DNA of 64,000 nt from Candidatus Enterousia sp. (GTDB lineage Bacteria > Pseudomonadota > Alphaproteobacteria > Rs-D84), in NCBI GenBank assembly GCA_045654485.1, contig JAZONN010000016.1:5176-69175 (forward strand), written 5' to 3'. Shown piece after piece: positions 16,763-25,474 of the stretch; the first letter of the stretch is position 1, and the number at the start of each line of letters is the position of its first letter. Made by a program: the position numbers and the translations under genes. Under the pieces are notes generated by a model. That model did no database searches and was not told the DNA's origin. It worked only from the letters and a program-made list of their open reading frames with translations.

Positions 16763-16957
16763 TTTCAACAATTTTCAACAAGTATAAAAAGACAGCCCCC
16801 TAATATTGTTAAAAGTGTTAAAAACTTCATTTTTTTTCAACTGTTAATTATTTTTGTACTTTTTTAACAATTCGAAACAAAAGTCCCAAAAACCAGGGAT
16901 TTTTTTGTTAAAAACTTGTTAATAAAAAACTAAAAACCGTTTTCAACAATTTCAACA
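16763..16957. promoter_or_regulatory. Repeat-dense divergent control region between virB3 and rpmJ
   Basis: TTCAACA pairs at 16764/16774 and 16942/16951. TGTTAA(A/T)A words at about 16807, 16816, 16842, 16906 and 16917, with an inverted copy at about 16862. Confidence 0.4.
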
Positions 16958-16992
16958 GGCCCTACAACAACAATAATAAATAATATTATTAT

Positions 16993-17020
16993 TTGATTTT
17001 TCAAAAAATATGTTTATAAT
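16993..17020 (+). promoter_or_regulatory. Sigma70-like promoter for rpmJ (TTGATT-16 nt-TATAAT)
   Basis: The two hexamers are at 16993..16998 and 17015..17020. An AAAGGA RBS precedes the ATG at 17044. Confidence 0.55.
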
Positions 17021-17043
17021 CGCTTTGTAAAAAGGATAACGAC

Positions 17044-17178
17044 ATGAAATTTTTAAGTTCTTTAAAAGCTTGGAAGAAACGCGGTAACGTTAAACAAGTC
17101 CGTCGTGGAAAGCAAGTTATCTTGATTGACCCTGATAATCCAAAATTCAAAGCAAAACAGGGTTACAAAAGAAAATAA
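17044..17178 (+). CDS. rpmJ: 50S ribosomal protein L36 (44 aa; below the ORF-track length cutoff)
   Basis: My own translation is MKFLSSLKAWKKRGNVKQVRRGKQVILIDPDNPKFKAKQGYKRK. It matches the alpha-type L36 pattern (MK...SLK...VVRR.G...VI.K.NP.FKA.QG). It has an RBS, a promoter and a terminator. Confidence 0.85.
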   Translation: MKFLSSLKAWKKRGNVKQVRRGKQVILIDPDNPKFKAKQGYKRK

Positions 17179-17182
17179 AAAT

Positions 17183-17202
17183 CCGCCGATTGGCGGTTTT
17201 TT
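17183..17202 (+). terminator. rpmJ terminator (CCGCC-GATT-GGCGG-T6)
   Basis: Hairpin plus T-run 5 nt after the stop codon. Confidence 0.7.
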
Positions 17203-17222
17203 AATACTTATAAATCTTTTTA

Positions 17223-17894
17223 TTATATATTTGTTGTAAATGCTTCTTTTAATGCAATGTCAACTTCGGCCCCCGATAAACCCGCACCACGTAAATAAAA
17301 AATCTGGTTTTCACTTGGTCGATAAATTGCCGCACTATGTTCTGCGAATTCAACTTCTGATGAAATTTTTTGTTCTGGCATAAATTCGATACGTGCACCA
17401 TTTTCAACCATTGCGATAAAACCAACATCAGATTGGCAATTCGTACAATCTTTCTTAATAATTGTACCGCCTGATAACAAAGATTTTGAATTTTTGCCGG
17501 CCAAAACCTTGTTTTTTATCAAAATTCCCGTACTTTTATAAATATGTTCTGCATTACATCTATATGATAATTCCGAATTATTTTTTAACACAACGCATCC
17601 AGAAACCATTGAATTTTCACCGGCATTTTTAATATTAATGTTTAAAATAGCCGGTTTATCAATTGTTATATCTACACTTATGATAACTTTTTGTCCATTT
17701 GCCCCGACGGCGATATCTAATTTATTTTCATCAATAATATTGCCAACATATATAATATGGACCGGTAAATCATAGTTATCATTTATCGGCTGATTTTCCA
17801 ATGTTGATAATTCTGGGCAATACACACCGTCACGGAAAACGATAGTTTCCGCTGGAAATGTTTTTATGTTGAATTCGTTCCACATGTATGACAT
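17223..17894 (-). CDS. Short SufD/SufB-family (UPF0051) beta-helix protein, orphan
   Basis: The C-terminus IFYLRGAGLSGAEVDIALKEAF resembles the conserved SufB/SufD tail (FYLRSRGI...A..LL..AF). Only 223 aa, and no sufBC nearby. Confidence 0.5.
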   Translation of the reverse strand: MSYMWNEFNIKTFPAETIVFRDGVYCPELSTLENQPINDNYDLPVHIIYVGNIIDENKLDIAVGANGQKVIISVDITIDKPAILNINIKNAGENSMVSGCVVLKNNSELSYRCNAEHIYKSTGILIKNKVLAGKNSKSLLSGGTIIKKDCTNCQSDVGFIAMVENGARIEFMPEQKISSEVEFAEHSAAIYRPSENQIFYLRGAGLSGAEVDIALKEAFTTNI

Positions 17895-17921
17895 ATTGTC
17901 ACCATTATAAAGGATTTTGAT

Positions 17922-19001
17922 ATGGGATTCAACTGTGGGATTGTTGGTTTGCCAAATGTTGGTAAATCTACATTATTTAATGCATTAACACAAAGTGCGG
18001 CGGCTGATGCACAAAACTATCCGTTTTGCACAATCGAACCAAATACTGGCCGTGTCGTTGTACCAGATGCAACATTACACGAATTGGCACGTGTTGCCGG
18101 TTCACAAAAACTAATACCTACCCAATTAGAGATTGTTGATATTGCTGGCCTTGTCAAAGGTGCATCTGCCGGTGAAGGTTTGGGGAATAAATTCTTGGGC
18201 AATATTTTATCAACAGATGCGATAATTCATGTTGTTCGTTGTTTTGAAAATGATGATATTGTTCATGTTAATGGTCGCATTGACCCATTGGCGGACATTG
18301 AAACCATTGAAACAGAATTAATGTTGGCCGATTTGGAAAGCATTGATAAACAGATTAAAAATCTGGAAAAGAAAGCCCGTGGTCTGGACAAAGATGTGAT
18401 TAAATTATTGGCCGATGCCAATGAAATCAAGGCGAATTTAGAAAAATCCATACCTGCCCGCATGGGTGGGATTGATGCCACGCCATTTAATTTATTGACC
18501 ACAAAACCTGTTATTTATGTTTGTAATGTCGAAGAATCATCTGCGGCCACCGGTAACAAATATTCCGACATGGTAAAACAAAAATTTGGTGATGTCGCAG
18601 ACGTTTTGGTAATTTCTTCTAAAATAGAAATGGAAATTTCACAAATCGTTGACCCTGAAGAACGCAAAATGTTTTTGGAAGATTTGGGATTGTCGGAATC
18701 TGGATTGGATCAGGTTATCAAAACGGGATACAAAACATTGGGGTTGCAAACGTATTATACCATTGGTCCAAAGGAAGCCCATGCTTGGACAATAACCGTT
18801 GGTATGACGGCGCCTCAGGCGGCGGGTAAAATCCACACCGATTTTGAACGTGGCTTTATTCGTGCCGAAGTAATTTCGCCATCTGATTTTATTGCGCTGG
18901 GCGGTGAAGTTGCGGTAAAAGAAGCCGGCAAAATGCGCTTGGTCGGTCGTGATTATATCATGCAACCTGGCGACATATGTCATTTCTTGTTTAATACCTA
19001 A
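17922..19001 (+). CDS. ychF: Ribosome-binding ATPase YchF
   Basis: CGIVGLPNVGKSTLFNALT, NYPFCTIEPN, C-terminal TGS-like GDICHFLFN. Confidence 0.95.
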   Translation: MGFNCGIVGLPNVGKSTLFNALTQSAAADAQNYPFCTIEPNTGRVVVPDATLHELARVAGSQKLIPTQLEIVDIAGLVKGASAGEGLGNKFLGNILSTDAIIHVVRCFENDDIVHVNGRIDPLADIETIETELMLADLESIDKQIKNLEKKARGLDKDVIKLLADANEIKANLEKSIPARMGGIDATPFNLLTTKPVIYVCNVEESSAATGNKYSDMVKQKFGDVADVLVISSKIEMEISQIVDPEERKMFLEDLGLSESGLDQVIKTGYKTLGLQTYYTIGPKEAHAWTITVGMTAPQAAGKIHTDFERGFIRAEVISPSDFIALGGEVAVKEAGKMRLVGRDYIMQPGDICHFLFNT

Positions 19002-19008
19002 ACAAATA

Positions 19009-19068
19009 AAATTGTTAAAAATTACCGGCCTTTTTGATAAAAATAATCAAAAACGCCGGGATTTTTTT
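19009..19068. repeat. Long-form palindromic repeat/terminator (AAATTGTTAAAAATTACCGGCC-TTTTTGATAAAAATAATCAAAAA-CGCCGGG-T7)
   Basis: Shares the TTGTTAAAAA flank and the CCGGC/GCCGG stem with the short-form family, with an extended AT stem. Lies after the ychF stop. Confidence 0.65.
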
Positions 19069-19122
19069 AAACTATACATCGTTATTGCCATACGGGCATG
19101 ATTCAGCAACGGGCGGTTTTAA

Positions 19123-19539
19123 TTAAATATCTTTTATTTTGTTTGCAAATTCGTCACAAATATAATCGCAGTATTCTGATGCGGTTTGTTCAAACAATTT
19201 GTCTATTTTATTATCGTTTGTATTTCTGGCGGCAATATAATTTGAATTAATTTTTATATAAAAAGATTTTTTATAATTATTTCCATTTACTTCAATGTCA
19301 CAGTTGCAAACGGCATCTTTGGTTGTGTGTGTATCAAAAAATTCTTCCTCTAAATATATGGGAAAATTGTGTGTTGATGATTGGGTTTTCATTGTTAATT
19401 TTTTTTCTATATTGTTTTTTAGAACATTGTTCGCAGAATTATTTTTTTGTTTGTAATAATATCCAACGCTTGTTATCAGTAAAATAACAGACAACATTAT
19501 TACTAATTTTTCACGCATAACCTCTCCTTTATTTGACAA
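19123..19539 (-). CDS. Membrane-anchored small protein with one CxC-x43-Cx3C module
   Basis: N-terminal TM segment LVIMLSVILLITSVGYYY, then CNC...43 aa...CDYIC. The same module occurs twice in 49374..50117. Confidence 0.55.
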   Translation of the reverse strand: MSNKGEVMREKLVIMLSVILLITSVGYYYKQKNNSANNVLKNNIEKKLTMKTQSSTHNFPIYLEEEFFDTHTTKDAVCNCDIEVNGNNYKKSFYIKINSNYIAARNTNDNKIDKLFEQTASEYCDYICDEFANKIKDI

Positions 19540-19628
19540 GAATTATATCATATGCAGTAAACTATTCAACTGCACATCAACCAACTTTACAATCATATAC
19601 CCATCGGACAGCAAAACAATCTAAAATA

Positions 19629-19688
19629 AAATTGTAAAAAATTACCGGCTTTTTTGATAAAAAATTTCAAAAAAACCGGTTTTTTTTA
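19629..19688. repeat. Long-form palindromic repeat (AAATTGTAAAAAATTACCGGC-TTTTTTGATAAAAAATTTCAAAAAA-ACCGG-T8)
   Basis: Near-identical architecture to 19009..19068 and 20423..20477. Confidence 0.6.
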
Positions 19689-19690
19689 TA

Positions 19691-19715
19691 AAAAAACACC
19701 GGTGTATTTCCGGTG
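19691..19715 (-). terminator. Hairpin terminator after the outer-membrane protein gene (CACCGG-N7-CCGGTG)
   Basis: 6-bp stem. On the minus strand it is followed by a T-run. Lies 9 nt after the stop at 19724. Confidence 0.6.
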
Positions 19716-19723
19716 TTATACAA

Positions 19724-20320
19724 TTAAAAACGATATCCGATACCGAAATTGACCGTCATACCTGACATATCAATTGTCAAATCACCTTTTTCGCCCACGA
19801 TATCAATTGTCAAATCGTATTTTTTAATATCGTATTTTGCACCCAATTTCACAAAGAGATTATCGTTAATATCATACTTTGCGCCCAAACCAAATGCGTA
19901 GTTAATTGTCATATCATCTATTTCCAACTTACCTGCATCTGGTATTAATGAAGACAAATCAACTTCTAAATCAATATTTGCGATACCAACTTCGGCTGAT
20001 AAATATGGTTTTACAACCCAATCAAAGAAAGGAACGGTTCCTTTTACTTTCAAACCTGTGCTGCCCGTGGTTTCAACACCCAATTGAATGCCGTTAAAAT
20101 CCGCACCCATATACAATCCACCATGATCATTAAATGATTTTAGGTTAATGATATCTTCTACACCTTGTGTATCTTCTAAATCGATATCTATTGGTCTTTC
20201 CGAATAAACACTTAAATCATATTCGATAAAGAATCTTGGATTCCATTTATTATTATTTTCTGTTGCAAAAGATGCCATTGGCAACAAAGCCAAGACAGCA
20301 AAAAGTGAAATTCTTTTCAT
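19724..20320 (-). CDS. Small outer-membrane beta-barrel protein
   Basis: Signal peptide MKRISLFAVLALLPMASFA. Alternating amphipathic strands. C-terminal GIGYRF with a terminal aromatic residue, typical of OMPs. Confidence 0.7.
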   Translation of the reverse strand: MKRISLFAVLALLPMASFATENNNKWNPRFFIEYDLSVYSERPIDIDLEDTQGVEDIINLKSFNDHGGLYMGADFNGIQLGVETTGSTGLKVKGTVPFFDWVVKPYLSAEVGIANIDLEVDLSSLIPDAGKLEIDDMTINYAFGLGAKYDINDNLFVKLGAKYDIKKYDLTIDIVGEKGDLTIDMSGMTVNFGIGYRF

Positions 20321-20422
20321 GTATTTTTCTCCAATTTTTTATTTTATCGTCACATAACGATTAAACATCATTGTATCACAAAATAGGTATATATTCAAAT
20401 TTGGAAAAACAAAAATAAATAA

Positions 20423-20477
20423 AAATGTTAAAAAACACCGGCTTTTTTAAATATTTTTATCAAAAAAGCCGGTGTTT
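20423..20477. repeat. Long-form palindromic repeat (AAATGTTAAAAAACACCGGC-TTTTTTAAATATTTTTATCAAAAAA-GCCGGTG)
   Basis: Same flank and stem as the family. Overlaps the dnaG stop codon. Confidence 0.6.
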
Positions 20478-22086
20478 ATATTGAAAATAATATTTCTAAT
20501 TTTTGTTGATATTTTTCAATTTCTGAATCAATACGTGTGATTTCTTCACGTGCGGTTTCTTCCCCTGCCAACAATTGGTTTGTGAATTCCTGTTTTTGCA
20601 AATTTAATCTTTTTAAATATCTTTGCAATTTCAAAGAAACTATATATTTTTCCGCGGCATTTTTATCAAGATTCAATGTTGCCATTTCGCCATCAAAATC
20701 CACCCCAAGTGTACCAAGGAAATCTAAATATTGCTCAGCCAATTCTGGGTAAGTATTAACAATATAAACCAGTGTATTTTTTGTAATTGCATCAATATCA
20801 GGCAGTTTTATATTCGGCGTATTTTTCGTTTTTTTCCAACTATGCCAATTTTGAAATTTTCTTTTATCGTATTCTTGTTTGTATTGTTTTTTTAATTCGG
20901 CATCCGTTATTTTTTCTAATTGTCCGTCTAAGAACTTTTCTGCCTGTGTACGTCCCCCCGGTGTCGCAACGACATAGTTTTTATTTGCCAATTCCCACAG
21001 AAAATCGGTAAAGCCGATGGAATCATCAATAATCTTTTTCATTGCATCAACGCCACCCGACTTTAATATTTCATCTGGGTCTTTGCCACCGGTGACAAAT
21101 GCAAAACGCACATCGGACGTATCACGTATAAATGGTATTACGATACCGCATGCGCGTGCTGCTGCTTTCTGGCCTGCACCATCACCATCGAAACAAAAAA
21201 CAATATTTCGATTTGATTTACATAATAACGCAATATGGTCTTCGGTTAACGCAGTACCCAAAGGTGCAACGGTTTCTGGGAAACCACCGCATTGCATTTT
21301 AATCGCATCAATTTGTCCTTCGACAATAATGCTGCGGATTGCACGATGGATTGCATCACGTGCAAAATTCAATCCAAAAACGGTTTTACGTTTATGGAAA
21401 ATATCTGTATCTGTTGTGTTGATATATTTTGGTTCCGAACCATCCAAAGAACGTCCCGAAAATGCAACGATTTTTCCATTTGCATTGAATATAGGGAACA
21501 TTAATTTATCACGGAAAAAATCGTACATTCCATAATCACCACGGCGGCATAATCCCGAAGGAATCAAGAATTTGGAATCGGCAAATTTATTCGCGATAAT
21601 ATTATTTTTCGGTGCATATCCAATACGATATTTTTTTATCATATCATCGTCAAAACCACGCCCACGTACGTATTCCAATGCATGTGCGCCTTCGGGTGTG
21701 AACAGTTTTTCCGAAAATGTCTGTGCGGCTTTTTCGCATATATCAAACAATTCCTCTTCGCGTTTAACGATGTTTGGGTCACGTGGTTTATAGTCCGGTA
21801 ATTTTACCCCCGCCATATTTGCCAATTCGGTAATTGCGGCACGGAAATCCATATTATTATGCTTCATGGTAAACGATATAATATCACCGTGTTCGCCGCA
21901 CCCAAAGCAGTGATAAAACCCTTTTTCTTCGTTAACGGAAAAACTGGGGGTTGTTTCATTATGAAATGGACAACATCCCCAATAATTCTGACCTTTTCTG
22001 GTTAATGGCACAACCCGCCCGACAACGTCAAGCACGGATAAACGTGCACGAAGTTCATCGGTAAAGTTGCGATCATAACCTGCCAT
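20476..22086 (-). CDS. dnaG: DNA primase
   Basis: Zn-ribbon CPFHNETTPSFSVNEEKGFYHCFGCGEHGD and a TOPRIM region IVEGQIDA...FDGDGAGQKAA. Confidence 0.95.
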   Translation of the reverse strand: MAGYDRNFTDELRARLSVLDVVGRVVPLTRKGQNYWGCCPFHNETTPSFSVNEEKGFYHCFGCGEHGDIISFTMKHNNMDFRAAITELANMAGVKLPDYKPRDPNIVKREEELFDICEKAAQTFSEKLFTPEGAHALEYVRGRGFDDDMIKKYRIGYAPKNNIIANKFADSKFLIPSGLCRRGDYGMYDFFRDKLMFPIFNANGKIVAFSGRSLDGSEPKYINTTDTDIFHKRKTVFGLNFARDAIHRAIRSIIVEGQIDAIKMQCGGFPETVAPLGTALTEDHIALLCKSNRNIVFCFDGDGAGQKAAARACGIVIPFIRDTSDVRFAFVTGGKDPDEILKSGGVDAMKKIIDDSIGFTDFLWELANKNYVVATPGGRTQAEKFLDGQLEKITDAELKKQYKQEYDKRKFQNWHSWKKTKNTPNIKLPDIDAITKNTLVYIVNTYPELAEQYLDFLGTLGVDFDGEMATLNLDKNAAEKYIVSLKLQRYLKRLNLQKQEFTNQLLAGEETAREEITRIDSEIEKYQQKLEILFSI

Positions 22087-24323
22087 TACTTCTTCTTTGC
22101 TTTATTGTTAATAAGTTTTATCGCTGTTTCTAAATCTGGTTGTTCACGCACAGAAACATTCACACGGTCCGAAGATATGTATGCACCATATCTGCCAGTT
22201 GGATAAAAGAAAATTATCTTTTTGGTTTCTGGATTTTCACCGATTTTAATTGGTTCTGCTTTTTTGCCGGCATTTGCCAACAATTCACGTGCGATTTCCA
22301 AAGTAATCGTTTCGGCGTTATATTGTTTTGCAGCCACATTTTTAGCTCCGTCTGTCACATATGGACCAAATTTACCAACACGGAATTCGATACCGTCGCC
22401 CAATTCAACAGCGTCAGATTTATTCTGTACGGCGGAATCTGTGGTGTCTGCGTTAACCGGTTCTTTTCCTAATTGTTTTGTGTGTTTGCAATTTGGGTAA
22501 TTTTCGCACCCTATAAATGGACCAAATTTAGATAATTTAATCCCAAGTTTTGCGCCGCAATCTGGGCATACGTCATTGCCGTCTGTGAACAAGTGTTGAT
22601 GCATAAATACATTGATTTCATCGATAATTTCTGAAGTTTTTATTCCACGTGCGCCATCAATCATACTATTTGTTGGTCGCCAGAAATTTTCCAAAGCTGT
22701 AATTTTATCTTGTTTACCATTTGAAACATCGTCCAAAGTATCCTCGGTTTTGGCGGTAAAGTTTACATCAACCAAGTCCGTGAAATATTTATTAAGATAA
22801 GATGCAATTACCCATCCGCCATTTGTTGGATGAAAACGACGCTGTTTATCCTGTTCAACATATGCACGGTCAACAATTGTGGACATAATTGTTGCATATG
22901 TTGATGGTCGGCCAATGCCTAATTCTTCCAATTTTTTCACCAAAGATGCTTCGGTGTATCTTGGTGGTGCTTGGGTAAAGTGTTGTTCTGGGATTAATTC
23001 TGTAATATTAATTTTATCACCGACATTTAATGGTGGTAATTTAGATTCTTTTTTATCTTCTTCATCGTCTTTATCTTCGGTATAAACCTTCATAAACCCG
23101 TCAAAGGTACGTGTTGAACCGACGGCATGAAAAACGCCAACGTGATTATCTGTTTCGATATCTGCGGCAACCGAATCAAATTCTGCATTACGCATTTGGC
23201 ATGCGATTGTACGTTTCCAAATTAATTCATATAATTTTGCTTCATCCCCCGACAGATTTTTTGCCGGTGCGTCAAAATGTGTTGGTCGAATTGCTTCGTG
23301 TGCTTCTTGGGCGTTTTTAGATTTAGTTGCATAAACATTTGGTGATTCTGGCAAGAATTTATCACCATATTCCCGTGTAATAAATGAACGAATTTCCGCA
23401 ACAGCATCTGCATTAAGGTTTGTTGCGTCCGTACGCATATATGTAATCAAACCTTGTTCGTATAGTTTTTGTGCGGCACTCATAGTACGTTTTGATGCGA
23501 AATATAATTTACGTGCTGCTTCCTGTTGAAGTGTTGATGTTGTAAATGGTGCGGCTGGCTTTCTTTGGTTTTTCTTTTTTTCTATATTAATAACGGTTGC
23601 ACCAATAGTTGGTGTGCCAATTTGATTCAATATATCATCAACAAAGTTTTTATTTTCAATGGTCATTTTTTCAATTTTTGTGCCATTGAATTTGTTTAAC
23701 ATTGCATGAAAAGTCGCAGATTCTGCCGTACAGACGGATTCTAAACTCCAATATTCAACTGGTTTAAAACTTTCTATTTCTTTTTCCCGATCGACAACCA
23801 ACTTAACTGCAACCGATTGTACACGACCGGCGGATTTGCCTAAATTACGTCTCCATAATAATGGTGAAATCCCAAACCCGATTAAATAATCCAAAGCACG
23901 TCGAACCAAATATGCATCAACCAAATTCGTGTCAATTTCACGTGGGCTTTCAATTGCGGCCTGTACGGCTTTTTTAGTAATTTCGTGGAAAGCCACACGA
24001 TAAACAGTTTTGTCTTTTAATAATCTTTTATTTTTCAAAATATCCAACAAATGCCACGCAATGGCTTCCCCTTCACGGTCAGGGTCGCTTGCCAAATAAA
24101 CTGCGTCTGCTTTTTTTAGTTCATCGGTAATAAGTTTAATTTGTTTTTCTTTACCTGGCATAATTTGCCATTTCATTTTGAACTTATTTTCTGTATCGAC
24201 ACTACCATTTTCTGGCACTAAATCACGCACGTGACCAACAGATGCGATAACCCGCCAACCGGCACCCAGATATTTTTCAATCGTTTTTGCTTTGGATGGT
24301 GATTCCACAATTAAAAGATTCAT
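22086..24323 (-). CDS. topA: DNA topoisomerase I
   Basis: MNLLIVESPSKAKTIEKYLG, DPDREGEAIAWH, C-terminal Zn-ribbon CPDCGAKL...CENYPNC. The ORF-track start at 24389 overlaps rodA and is probably an extension. Confidence 0.95.
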   Translation of the reverse strand: MNLLIVESPSKAKTIEKYLGAGWRVIASVGHVRDLVPENGSVDTENKFKMKWQIMPGKEKQIKLITDELKKADAVYLASDPDREGEAIAWHLLDILKNKRLLKDKTVYRVAFHEITKKAVQAAIESPREIDTNLVDAYLVRRALDYLIGFGISPLLWRRNLGKSAGRVQSVAVKLVVDREKEIESFKPVEYWSLESVCTAESATFHAMLNKFNGTKIEKMTIENKNFVDDILNQIGTPTIGATVINIEKKKNQRKPAAPFTTSTLQQEAARKLYFASKRTMSAAQKLYEQGLITYMRTDATNLNADAVAEIRSFITREYGDKFLPESPNVYATKSKNAQEAHEAIRPTHFDAPAKNLSGDEAKLYELIWKRTIACQMRNAEFDSVAADIETDNHVGVFHAVGSTRTFDGFMKVYTEDKDDEEDKKESKLPPLNVGDKINITELIPEQHFTQAPPRYTEASLVKKLEELGIGRPSTYATIMSTIVDRAYVEQDKQRRFHPTNGGWVIASYLNKYFTDLVDVNFTAKTEDTLDDVSNGKQDKITALENFWRPTNSMIDGARGIKTSEIIDEINVFMHQHLFTDGNDVCPDCGAKLGIKLSKFGPFIGCENYPNCKHTKQLGKEPVNADTTDSAVQNKSDAVELGDGIEFRVGKFGPYVTDGAKNVAAKQYNAETITLEIARELLANAGKKAEPIKIGENPETKKIIFFYPTGRYGAYISSDRVNVSVREQPDLETAIKLINNKAKKK

Positions 24324-24327
24324 ATCT

Positions 24328-25473
24328 CTAACTCCCCTTTGCAGATAATTGTTGGTCTTTGTGAATATATGCGTTTTGACATAACCCAAACCCGAACATT
24401 AGTGATAATAAACTGCTGCCACCGAACGACATTAATGGCAACGGCACACCAACGGTTGGTAATAATCCCAAAACCATAGAAATATTTATAAAGTAATAAA
24501 CAAAAAAGTTCAACATAAAACCAAAACATATTAATTGTCCAAATCTATTACGGCATGTTTTTGCGCACCAAAACAAAACAACCACAATCCATGTGTATAT
24601 CATAAGTAATGAAAAAGCCCCCATAAAACCAAATTCTTCACCCAGCATTGTGAATATAAAATCGGTTTGTTTTTCCGGTAAAAACGATTGTTGTGATTGC
24701 GAACCTTGCATATATCCTTTACCAAGCATCCCCCCACTACCGAATGCGATTTTTGCTTGATTAATTTGATAACCAGCACCTTGGATATCGCTATCTGGAT
24801 TTAAGAAAGTTACAATACGGCCACGTTGATAATCGTGCAAACCACCGTACCATACCACGGGCGCCGCCATTAATCCCAATATTGCTGCGATAATAAACCA
24901 TTTTTTATTTGCACCAACAATATAAAACATACCAACGGTAATCATTCCCAATGATAGTGCGGTTCCCAAATCGGGTTGTGCAACAATTAATGCAAATGGC
25001 ATCAACAACATAATTGCCGGCACTAAATAGTGTTTAAACTGACCAAGTTCAACCGAATTAAACCACGCAAAATATCGTGCCAACGCCAAAACCAGCGCAA
25101 TTTTAATCAATTCTGATGGTTGAATATGAATAAAACCCAAATTTAACCACCTTTGCGCCCCCATACCTGTATGTCCAACGAAAGTGACTAAAATAATCAT
25201 AATCAAAGCGACGGCATAAATAAGATATGCCGATTTAACCCAAGTTTTAATATTTGTAAATGCGGCAAAAAAGAATACCCCAAACCCTAAAATAATCTTC
25301 ATTAACTGCGACAATGCAAATGGTCGCCAATTACCGCCACCGGCAGAATACAGAACAACAATAGATATCGCCAACACCATACACATAGGAACAAACAACC
25401 CCCACGAAAAACGCCCCAGTTTTTCGGACATCCCCATCATATTTGCATTTGAAATTCGTGTCTGTTTTGCCAT
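24328..25473 (-). CDS. rodA: SEDS peptidoglycan glycosyltransferase RodA
   Basis: Polytopic SEDS protein (LPEKQTDFIFTMLGEEFGFMG, PLPLMSFGGSS) directly downstream of mrdA. Confidence 0.9.
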   Translation of the reverse strand: MAKQTRISNANMMGMSEKLGRFSWGLFVPMCMVLAISIVVLYSAGGGNWRPFALSQLMKIILGFGVFFFAAFTNIKTWVKSAYLIYAVALIMIILVTFVGHTGMGAQRWLNLGFIHIQPSELIKIALVLALARYFAWFNSVELGQFKHYLVPAIMLLMPFALIVAQPDLGTALSLGMITVGMFYIVGANKKWFIIAAILGLMAAPVVWYGGLHDYQRGRIVTFLNPDSDIQGAGYQINQAKIAFGSGGMLGKGYMQGSQSQQSFLPEKQTDFIFTMLGEEFGFMGAFSLLMIYTWIVVVLFWCAKTCRNRFGQLICFGFMLNFFVYYFINISMVLGLLPTVGVPLPLMSFGGSSLLSLMFGFGLCQNAYIHKDQQLSAKGS

Positions 25474-25474
25474 A

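Noticed and set aside
16884-16907. TCCC-AAAAACCA-GGGA followed by T7 in the virB3 upstream region, considered as a plus-strand terminator or sRNA end
   Set aside because: The stem is only 4 bp with an 8-nt loop, and there is no upstream plus-strand gene or promoter that I can support.
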